Source: an uncultured Erysipelotrichaceae bacterium
GTDB lineage: Bacteria; Bacillota_I; Bacilli_A; Erysipelotrichales; Erysipelotrichaceae
Direction: 5' to 3'
Assembly: GCA_942493105.1 (NCBI GenBank)
Contig: OW818668.1
Location: 1,920,001-1,952,000, forward strand
DNA length: 32,000 nucleotides
The translations under genes were made by a program, and so were the position numbers. The notes beneath the pieces were generated by a model. The model saw nothing but the letters and a program-made list of their open reading frames with translations. It ran no database searches and was not told where the DNA came from. Below are positions 25,219-32,000 of this stretch, piece by piece (within the stretch, counting starts at the first letter, position 1; each line of letters begins with the position of its first letter).

Positions 25219-26148
25219 ATGAAGTATAACAAAGATAAAGTGATTGATACTCTTATTAGAGTTGAAGAAGGCTTGGGCAAAGTTGTACTATTTTCGATTC
25301 TAGTTCTTGAATTTTTAGTGGTAATGAGTTTCTTTGTTGTGGGATTTCCATATGGCATTGTTGCCGCTATCATAACAATTTCACTTGATATAGTTATAGC
25401 GGCTGGTTTCGGAAAACCTAATATCAATCTAACTTTTATTGGGGCAGCGATATTAATAATTCTGTTTGGTACAGTTGGGGTATACTCAATCATTTTTATC
25501 ATACTTAGAAATCCAGATCGTTTTTCAGGTTCAATTGTTGGACATTCATCCGATTGGATTGCATTTTCAGGGTCCATTATTGGTGGAATGATGACAATGT
25601 TGGCAGTTATCTACACGATTCAACATGAGAAAATTCTAAGAAAACAAGAACAAATTGACCAAATCAAGCCATTCATTCACATTGACTTGAAAATGTATGA
25701 GAATAGTCGAAAATATGCATTTAACGATCGTGATGAAATGATAAGTTTATATTTACAAGTAAATAATATCTCGAACAATAATCTCAGAGATTTCCAGATT
25801 AAGGATATTGTTCGTAAATCTAATCTAACAGATGCGTTAGACGATCTGATAATCCAAGAAAGAATTCCAGATAATTATCTCAGCAGCAGTGAGAATAAAT
25901 TAGGGTTAATAAAGGCTAACTCACTTCAAACCTTGTATTTAAGTTTTGTTTATCTTGAAAAAAGTAAAACTATTGGTAATTTATCAAGGAATGTATACCT
26001 AACTATCATTTCAGAATATTTTGATGTTTTTGGTAATGGACCATATAGCCACGAGACCAAGATAAATTTACGACATATATCGAATAATATAAGCGGAACT
26101 AGATATGAAGAATTCTATGTAGACAAGATTGAGAATAATGCAAAATAA
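25219..26148 (+). CDS. Membrane protein of unknown function, co-transcribed with the repressor
   Basis: 309-aa ORF starting 1 nt after the cI stop (TAATATG). It has about 4 N-terminal hydrophobic helices and then a soluble domain of about 170 aa. Confidence 0.6.
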   Translation: MKYNKDKVIDTLIRVEEGLGKVVLFSILVLEFLVVMSFFVVGFPYGIVAAIITISLDIVIAAGFGKPNINLTFIGAAILIILFGTVGVYSIIFIILRNPDRFSGSIVGHSSDWIAFSGSIIGGMMTMLAVIYTIQHEKILRKQEQIDQIKPFIHIDLKMYENSRKYAFNDRDEMISLYLQVNNISNNNLRDFQIKDIVRKSNLTDALDDLIIQERIPDNYLSSSENKLGLIKANSLQTLYLSFVYLEKSKTIGNLSRNVYLTIISEYFDVFGNGPYSHETKINLRHISNNISGTRYEEFYVDKIENNAK

Positions 26149-26150
26149 AA

Positions 26151-26172
26151 CACTCCAGCAGTAACTGGAGTG
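26151..26172 (+). terminator. Hairpin after the cI operon
   Basis: cactccag (26151-26158) pairs with ctggagtg (26165-26172), with a 6-nt loop. No T-tract follows. Confidence 0.35.
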
Positions 26173-26239
26173 CGGTACAACTAACCTTTGCACGGGCTTT
26201 GTTGTGCCTTCATTATAACAAAAATGGAGGAATGTGAAA

Positions 26240-27274
26240 ATGGCTGTTTATAAAGACCCAAGCACTAACACTTGGATGTGTAAAATTAGCATTCGTATGC
26301 CTGATGGGCACATCAAATCGAAAACCAAACGAGGTTTCATTCTTAAGAGAGAAGCTCAAAACTATGAGAGCGATCTCAAGCAATCCAAGATTGAGATCTC
26401 TAATACTACCCTTACCCTTGCTGATGTCTTCAAGGAGTACATGCAGAGTAAGAATGGATCAATCGCAAAGATCACTGAAAACGAGTACAACCGGTACTTT
26501 GAGCTCTATCTTTCTGAACTGGGTCAAAGAAAGATGCTATCACTTTCTCCTAGAGATTTTCTGATGGTTCGTCAAAAGATCGTCAACACAGATTACAGCA
26601 AGTCCTACAAAAACAAGATCATCAAGCTCATAAAATCGGTTGCCAAATTCGGGTATAACTTCTATGACTTTAAGGATTGTGGTAAGCAATTGTCTTTGGT
26701 GCCTTTGAACAGTAACGATATGAAGGACTATACCATATGGTCTCCGATTGAGTTTGAACACTTTATATCATTTATTGATGATTATGTATGCAAGGCTTTC
26801 TTCACTTTCTTGTTTCATACCGGAACTCGACTAGGAGAAGCTAAGGCGCTCTTGGTTAGCGATATTGTCAATGGATCAGTATCGATCTCTAAAAGTATGA
26901 AACACTTTGAAGCCGGTCCACAACCGCTCAAAACAGCATCAAGCAAGAGAATGATCCAACTAGATCGACTTACTATGGAGACTCTCAAACCATTACTCGA
27001 ATCGAGTACAGAGTATCTGTTTGGCGATAAGGAACCAGTGAGTCTCAGTCGCCTTCAACGCTGCTTTAAGAAAGCCCTGGAAGCTTCTGGTAACCCCAAG
27101 ATCACGATCCATGATCTCCGTCATTCCCATGCGAGTTATCTGATCGGTAATGGAGCAAACATTGTGGCAGTATCTAAGCGCTTAGGGCATACCGATGTCA
27201 ACATGACTTTGAAGGTCTACACTCACATCCTGAAGGAATCTGAAGAAAAACTACTGGCTATTCTCAACCAGTAG
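26240..27274 (+). CDS. int: Phage integrase (tyrosine recombinase)
   Basis: The N-terminus MAVYKDPSTNTWMCKISIRMPDG is typical of phage integrases. The catalytic pattern is TGTRLGEA, HDLRHSHASYL and LGHTDVNMTLKVYTH. The ATG at 26240 is well spaced from the GGAGG RBS; the track uses GTG at 26234. Confidence 0.9.
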   Translation: MAVYKDPSTNTWMCKISIRMPDGHIKSKTKRGFILKREAQNYESDLKQSKIEISNTTLTLADVFKEYMQSKNGSIAKITENEYNRYFELYLSELGQRKMLSLSPRDFLMVRQKIVNTDYSKSYKNKIIKLIKSVAKFGYNFYDFKDCGKQLSLVPLNSNDMKDYTIWSPIEFEHFISFIDDYVCKAFFTFLFHTGTRLGEAKALLVSDIVNGSVSISKSMKHFEAGPQPLKTASSKRMIQLDRLTMETLKPLLESSTEYLFGDKEPVSLSRLQRCFKKALEASGNPKITIHDLRHSHASYLIGNGANIVAVSKRLGHTDVNMTLKVYTHILKESEEKLLAILNQ

Positions 27275-27357
27275 TTTTTTTCTCTCAATAAAAATGTTAG
27301 TTTTCCCAATGAACTGATACAACTTTATCATTGCACCTCTGAAAAAATTATTGAAAT

Positions 27358-28575
27358 TCATGAACCTATAATTCCCGGATCATTATCTTCTTTCTCAAGA
27401 TTCTTTGGTACTGAAACTATTGAATGTCTTAGCGCTTTTTTGTATTTTCTTCTCAAAAGTAATGAATTTACAAAAGAAACTATAATGAAAATCGCAATGG
27501 CAACAATATAGGGCAATTCTTCGGATCCTATTGATTTTGTTTCTTTAGGAATAAAAGTCCCAACGATCGAAAAGATCAGCAGGATTGTGATTGTAATATT
27601 GATTCTCCAGTTAATTTTATATGCGCTGATTCGGTAATGATCATCAAGCTCTTTCTTATTCCTCTTAAGTAACCACATTCCTAGTAATCCTAAACATATT
27701 CCTACGATCGTCATTAATAACATTTCGAATAGGTCATCGAGGATAAATTTTTCTCCAGAAATCCAATTAATCACATTTAGTAAAAAGGTAAATAGCAAAG
27801 CACTAATATATAAGGCTAAATACCCAATACCGGCTAATGCTTTATGACTAAAGCGTTGCCAGGTAAAATCCGGTTTATAAGCTCCGTGCTTCTTGATATA
27901 TTTCTTGTATAGTTTTTGCTGATGAGTTGTCAAATCCATATTATATCGATCTATTTCATCCTGGTTGATGGTTTCTTTGCTAAAAAACTGTTTTTTAACA
28001 GAATAGTAGATCGGAATTAGTATTGTGGCGATTGGCCATAAGCTTCCGATATAGTAAGAAACATCAAAATATGGTCCATTACTTAAGCCAGTGTCTCCTA
28101 ATAAATGTAGTAAATTGCGGTAATTAATGTATATCTCAAAATAAATCAAATTAAATATACGACCCGAAGTATAGTAATAAGCATCTTGGCTAGTAATACT
28201 GATGGTATATAGAGCTGTCGCAATGATTATTAGCAATACGGTATTTACGATTAACTTCACAACCGAATGCATTTTGACCTTTGAAGTTGTTAGATCAATT
28301 AGCCAAAATAAGACATACACTACCGCTATGTAACTAAGATTAGCAAATGGGAAGGAAACAAGATAAACCATCGCTAAAAATATCGAAACATTGGGTAATG
28401 TTACGAACATATTACTCATGCTAAATGTATAAACATATTGGATCAGAAATAAAACCAAAAGACACTTTAACAACCCTTTTGGACTAGATCTTAATCTCTT
28501 AAACCTGTTTTTTACTTTTATCTTAAGTTCCCTCATTAATGACTTTTGTTTTTGAGTGTTTTCATTTTTATTCAT
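27358..28575 (-). CDS. Polytopic membrane protein of unknown function
   Basis: 405-aa ORF. It has a basic N-terminus, then about 10 hydrophobic segments with a charged loop near the middle (KKQFFSKETINQDEIDRYNMDLTTHQQKLYKKYIKKHG). Confidence 0.6.
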   Translation of the reverse strand: MNKNENTQKQKSLMRELKIKVKNRFKRLRSSPKGLLKCLLVLFLIQYVYTFSMSNMFVTLPNVSIFLAMVYLVSFPFANLSYIAVVYVLFWLIDLTTSKVKMHSVVKLIVNTVLLIIIATALYTISITSQDAYYYTSGRIFNLIYFEIYINYRNLLHLLGDTGLSNGPYFDVSYYIGSLWPIATILIPIYYSVKKQFFSKETINQDEIDRYNMDLTTHQQKLYKKYIKKHGAYKPDFTWQRFSHKALAGIGYLALYISALLFTFLLNVINWISGEKFILDDLFEMLLMTIVGICLGLLGMWLLKRNKKELDDHYRISAYKINWRINITITILLIFSIVGTFIPKETKSIGSEELPYIVAIAIFIIVSFVNSLLLRRKYKKALRHSIVSVPKNLEKEDNDPGIIGS

Positions 28576-29160
28576 ATTTGTTACCTGGAGATATGGAAAA
28601 GTAGTCTATATTATCGTTCAACAAAAAGACAATCTTAATATCTTGATTACTTCCCCCTATGATTCTCATATTTCCATTATCTTCTAGATGGACGTTGAAT
28701 TCAACAGGAATATAGGATTATTGTAAAACTTTTCAGTTGGTATTTTTCGACTAGCTTGTTTCAATCTAGTTGAATCTGAGTTGACACCGATTACGTTTAT
28801 AAACTATTTTGTAGATTCCTATAAATCGCTGACCATACATTTGACCATACAAAATGTATAAGCCAGGAAACAACTGGAACAATATTGCTGAAATGTGCTT
28901 GAATTATCGGCTTTTAAAGGCTTGGGAAAGGCTTCCCCTTAATCTCATGTCCTCCGCCATAGTGAGTAAAACCCTGATTCTATCGCCGTTTTTTGATGGT
29001 TTCATGCTTTTCTAACCATACAATGACCACACAAATCTATCTTCTATAAAAATGAATTCAAGATGAAGCAGATGATGAGATTTGATGTTTTCCTTTACAT
29101 GCCTTAACCAAGCCCATAAATCTCTAACATATTCTCAAAAACCTTCTACTCTTCTACTGG

Positions 29161-29224
29161 CTCTAACGTTTTGGTTAGTCAGTAGTGTAGCTTGGCAATT
29201 TTTTTCTCCTTTTGTTCCCATATG
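29161..29224 (-). mobile_element. Diverged relic of an IS3-family left end / orfA start
   Basis: gcttggca...ctccttttgt..ccata and taacgt align with 14587-14655 of the full IS at roughly two-thirds identity by eye. The downstream frames are full of stops. Confidence 0.35.
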
Positions 29225-29462
29225 CTACTCAGAGGGCTATCTTATAAATCCACTGCAGTCCAGAATTGCATGTGTTTTTAATCAAGATTAACCCATCTCA
29301 AAACTCTGTGCATTATCTAAACCACTCCTGTAATTCCCTTGCTTTTAAACTGAGTGTAGTTACACTATAGAAAAATGATCTAGACGAATTCCCAATAAAC
29401 CACAATTGCATTCTATAATTTACAACACCTATCTTGCATTTCCCAAATTTCATAATTCTCTT

Positions 29463-29512
29463 TTTGTACTCATACATCCGTAAAATTGTGATCTAAAAAA
29501 GTCGTCTATTCA
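29463..29512 (-). mobile_element. Truncated copy of the IS3-family left terminal repeat
   Basis: tttgtactcatacatccgtaaaattgtgatctaaaaaagtcgtctattca aligns with 14645-14697. The first 15 nt are identical and the rest is about three-quarters identical. Orientation matches the full IS. Confidence 0.5.
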
Positions 29513-29636
29513 ATCCTCAATTTCTTTACAAAGTTGCTTAACTCTAAGGAATCTATGAGTAAGTTGATTACGAAGGCCTTTGAGTTAAAATCATGTACAA
29601 TTCCATATTTCTGAATAAGAGAAAAGTTCATGATTT

Positions 29637-30356
29637 TTATTTTGTCGGTTGAATTGTCCAGAGTTTGATCGTATACAGGATCATCCAGATCAGACTCAAG
29701 ATTCCGCCTGGCGCAGCCAATGCCATGGCAATACTCTGAGCATTGGGATCAAAAGTGACCAAAATAAGATACACCATCAACAGGCTTGCCCCAGCCAAAC
29801 CGATCCAACCTGTCCATTTCCCAAAAGTCTTGGATTGAATCATGAGGATCGACAGCAGGATGGTCGAAATCATCGAAAGCATGAATCCGGTAAACGCCCC
29901 CATACTGCCATGCGCCCCTTTGGCCAATAAAGCTTCACCCGCTGCTTCAATCAAGACCTTTTGGTCTAAAGAAGCCCCAACAACATGTTTGCTGAGCCCC
30001 AACATTGCCAGTCCGGCATTGTTGTTGACAAAGACCGCAGTTCCAATCACAAAAAACACCAAGGTTAAGCGTAATAAGCCGCTTTTTGAAGGACGAAGCA
30101 CACTGGTCAACGCCATGAAAACTGGAATCATTACGATTGACGTGATCATGTTTAGGGTATCCAGATAATACAATCCCAAAAGTGGTTGAGATTGAAGCTG
30201 ATGGAATCGCTCTGCTGCGGTTTTTGGTATTTCATTCATATCACCGCCCAGCATCGTCCCAATCACGATATCCGCAAGGGTCAATGCAATCACGATGATC
30301 GAACAGATGGCTCCCCATCGAGTCATGTTTCTACTAATCCTTTGTTGTTCACCCAT
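29637..30356 (-). CDS. Integral membrane protein, unknown function
   Basis: 239-aa ORF with about 6-7 hydrophobic segments. It overlaps the upstream gene by 8 nt. Confidence 0.6.
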   Translation of the reverse strand: MGEQQRISRNMTRWGAICSIIVIALTLADIVIGTMLGGDMNEIPKTAAERFHQLQSQPLLGLYYLDTLNMITSIVMIPVFMALTSVLRPSKSGLLRLTLVFFVIGTAVFVNNNAGLAMLGLSKHVVGASLDQKVLIEAAGEALLAKGAHGSMGAFTGFMLSMISTILLSILMIQSKTFGKWTGWIGLAGASLLMVYLILVTFDPNAQSIAMALAAPGGILSLIWMILYTIKLWTIQPTK

Positions 30357-30849
30357 TTTGAAGCTCCTTTTTTATCGATAGATTGCGTGTCTTGATATAC
30401 ACAAGGATCCCAATCACAAGCATGATCAGTTCTAGGGCTGTCGCAATCAGCATGCCTGAATTGAGTTGGATCGCATTGAAATCAAAACCGATCTTCGCAT
30501 ACAGACCCAAACCCACCAGTGGTGTTTTCCCAAACGCCAAGGGCAGATTGTCCCAGACGATAAAATCCAAGACCCAGTGACTCAAGACAACAGCCCCCAT
30601 CACTAAGCCTTCCGCTTTGCTTTTCATCAGCACTGCGGTAAGCAGTCCCGCGCAGATCGTATACACCAAAGCCATCAGTAGACTGTGAGAAAACGGATTA
30701 TTGCCGAAACTTTCAATTCCCAGCACTAGCAACACTAAATAAACCAAATCGATCAGATAAGATCCGACAAGTAGCCCCATAAGCGGGATCTTCGTTTTCA
30801 ACTTTCCTTTGGATACAAATCCGATCGCAAGATGTCCTGTCGGTGACAT
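30349..30849 (-). CDS. Membrane-bound metal-dependent hydrolase-like protein (YdjM/DUF457-like)
   Basis: 166-aa ORF with N-terminal MSPTGHLAIGF plus FSHSLL and LSHWVLDF His motifs embedded in TM segments. RBS AAGGAGGAAA. Confidence 0.55.
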   Translation of the reverse strand: MSPTGHLAIGFVSKGKLKTKIPLMGLLVGSYLIDLVYLVLLVLGIESFGNNPFSHSLLMALVYTICAGLLTAVLMKSKAEGLVMGAVVLSHWVLDFIVWDNLPLAFGKTPLVGLGLYAKIGFDFNAIQLNSGMLIATALELIMLVIGILVYIKTRNLSIKKELQNG

Positions 30850-30868
30850 GGTTTCCTCCTTGTGGGTC

Positions 30869-31711
30869 TCACGTATTCACACTGATGTAGTATTCAATCA
30901 ACTTTTCTTTGTTTTTCTCGACAAAGTCATGGTAGTACGCCTTGATCTTGGGCATCGGGTAGTCTTTTGGCAGATGCTTGAGTGGAATCGGTGGCTCACC
31001 GACTTCGCACACACTCCAGTAAATGGCCCCAAAATACAACAAGCGTCGTCCTAGTTCAAGCGCACTGAGACCCGATTCTCCCAGAAAGCCCACCATGTGA
31101 TCATAAAATTGATCCAGTGCTTTACGTCGTGTCTCCACATCAAACAAAGCCAGTATCTTTTTGATTAAGTCAGGGTCATCGAGTTCCGGACACTGAAACA
31201 AATAAATGTTTTTATCCACCCCAAACGCTTTCATCGAGCTCATCAGGTTCTTGGTGTCGATCCGTCCATTGATGTAGGTATTTTGAGCCAAACGTTTGAA
31301 ACCACAATTCTTGAGGGTGTCTCTGACCATGGCGCGCTCCGTTTCCGCATCCTTAGTAAATGAAAACACAGCCAACGTAAACCCTTCTTCGTTTTGACCA
31401 CGGGCCAGGGTATCCAGTCCCATTTCGAAGGTTGACGCTGCGATATGATAACGGGATTTTCCCAGCTCATCTTTGCGCTCCTGGATCGAACCCTCAGCTT
31501 TGGCTCTGGATAAGGCTGTTCGTATCGCACTATCTGAAATCCCCGCAAACTGCGCCATATCGCGGATTCCGTTAAGGGAAGGGTAAGGAACCGACTCTGG
31601 CATTTGAAGCCCTGCGCGATAAATGATGGGCGTATACAAGGCTTCTTTGGCTGCATACGGATACGCTTTTAGAAAGCTTAAACTTTGATTTGTTACAGTT
31701 ATTTCGTACAT
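30869..31711 (-). CDS. PaaX-family transcriptional regulator
   Basis: 280-aa ORF with a winged-helix segment (FAGISDSAIRTALSRAKAEGSI). Length and C-terminal helical region are typical of PaaX-like proteins. Confidence 0.7.
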   Translation of the reverse strand: MYEITVTNQSLSFLKAYPYAAKEALYTPIIYRAGLQMPESVPYPSLNGIRDMAQFAGISDSAIRTALSRAKAEGSIQERKDELGKSRYHIAASTFEMGLDTLARGQNEEGFTLAVFSFTKDAETERAMVRDTLKNCGFKRLAQNTYINGRIDTKNLMSSMKAFGVDKNIYLFQCPELDDPDLIKKILALFDVETRRKALDQFYDHMVGFLGESGLSALELGRRLLYFGAIYWSVCEVGEPPIPLKHLPKDYPMPKIKAYYHDFVEKNKEKLIEYYISVNT

Positions 31712-31719
31712 ATGTATTT

Positions 31720-31747
31720 AATGTAACACAAAAAAGACTATTGTCAA
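31720..31747 (-). promoter_or_regulatory. Sigma-A-type promoter placed for a leaderless PaaX-like mRNA
   Basis: On the minus strand, TTGACA (plus 31742-31747) is followed by a 16-nt spacer and TACATT (plus 31720-31725). Only 8 nt separate the -10 from the ATG at 31711, and there is no RBS. Confidence 0.45.
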
Positions 31748-31761
31748 CCCTTTTTTTACAA

Positions 31762-31807
31762 TAAAAAAACGCCTTAATCATCAATAATTAAGGCGTTGTC
31801 ATTTTTT
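31762..31807 (-). terminator. Rho-independent terminator of the upstream partial gene (bidirectional)
   Basis: An 11-bp perfect stem, aacgccttaat (31768-31778) pairing with attaaggcgtt (31787-31797), is flanked by an A-run (31762-31769) and a T-run (31802-31807). Confidence 0.7.
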
Positions 31808-31826
31808 GATCAAGCCTTTCAGCCAA

Positions 31827-32000
31827 TCAGCGATCTTGGAGTGTTTCCGGCTTCTTGATTTGGGTCAACAAGCGCCATAAGGCATAAACGCCAAACAAAT
31901 CCAAGAACGCAAAGATACCGATTTCGACAAACGACGTTGTAACTCCAGCCAACATCATGTTGATCGCCATGGCGGTGATACTACTCAAAAGCGCTATGCC
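31827..32000 (-). CDS. C-terminal part of a membrane protein; 5' end lies outside the window
   Basis: Hand translation of the minus strand gives IALLSSITAMAINMMLAGVTTSFVEIGIFAFLDLFGVYALWRLLTQIKKPETLQDR*, with the stop at 31827-31829. A terminator follows. Confidence 0.5.
   Translation of the reverse strand, partial: GIALLSSITAMAINMMLAGVTTSFVEIGIFAFLDLFGVYALWRLLTQIKKPETLQDR

Larger units (their letters stand above)
15371..27274. mobile_element. Integrase-bounded phage-derived element lacking morphogenesis and lysis genes (PICI-like satellite or truncated prophage)
   Basis: The gene order is int, cI, cro, recombinase, replisome organizer, DnaC-like loader, regulator, ParB-methylase, accessory cassette, terS, HNH. 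Non-phage genes follow directly. I could not define the exact ends. Confidence 0.6.

Noticed and set aside
28955-28975. On the minus strand the repeated element reads TTTTACTCACTATGGCGGAGGA. It shares the 9-mer ACTCACTAT with the T7 RNA polymerase promoter core. The second copy reads TTCACTATGG.
   Set aside because: No single-subunit RNA polymerase gene is visible. A 9-mer match to one chosen sequence is expected by chance at appreciable frequency in 64 kb of two-strand sequence. The upstream recognition region of the T7 promoter is not matched.
29082-29291. A 69-aa plus-strand ORF in the 1-kb non-coding gap.
   Set aside because: It lies antisense to a decayed IS orfA relic and has no RBS and no motif.
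1-32000. A search by eye for tRNA/tmRNA 3' ends (GGTTCGAATCC-like T-loops), rRNA, CRISPR repeat-spacer periodicity, and reverse-transcriptase or retron signatures.
   Set aside because: None was found. In particular, the repeated tccgccatagtga element has no adjacent T-arm, so I do not interpret it as a tRNA-derived att site.

Overview
Low-GC, Bacillota-like window, coded almost entirely on the minus strand. It reads as a mosaic of mobile and accessory DNA rather than core chromosome.

(1) 1-4736: a three-gene restriction-modification-like operon. It encodes a SAM-binding methylase-like protein with no catalytic motif, an NPPY N6-adenine methylase, and a T5orf172/GIY-YIG-like domain fused to a DExH helicase. 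The helicase gene runs off the left edge.

(2) 4860-5922: a phage lysis cassette (NlpC/P60 endolysin plus a small membrane/coiled-coil protein) with no morphogenesis genes upstream.

(3) 6179-13342: a metal and O2/NO-stress block.
- Genes present: HMA chaperone, P1B-type ATPase, Crp/Fnr regulator with a perfect TTGAT-N4-ATCAA box, PNPOx-like protein, FDP-like di-iron MBL protein, hemerythrin, flavodiiron protein.
- The ATPase and the flavodiiron gene each carry a single-base homopolymer frameshift.

(4) 13379-14697: an IS3-family element with an intact A_AAA_AAG slippery site but four in-frame TAA/TAG codons. Truncated copies of its left end lie at 9628-9696 and in a decayed region at about 28.8-29.5 kb.

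(5) 15371-27274: an integrase-bounded phage-derived element.
- It has a cI/cro switch, a second tyrosine recombinase, a replisome organizer, a DnaC-like loader, a ParB-methylase, terS and an HNH fusion.
- It has no terL, capsid, tail or lysis genes. It is therefore either a PICI-like satellite or a gutted prophage.

(6) 16603-19874, inside that element: my best candidate for an undescribed defence system. It is a terminator-insulated cassette encoding an ABC/AAA_13-like ATPase (CPFC motif in a long insert, uncharacterised C-terminal domain) plus two proteins with no family I can recognise.

(7) 27358-32000: an unknown polytopic membrane protein, two further membrane proteins, a PaaX-like regulator and a partial membrane gene.

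I found no tRNA, rRNA or CRISPR array. All domain calls are motif recognition by eye, not database searches.
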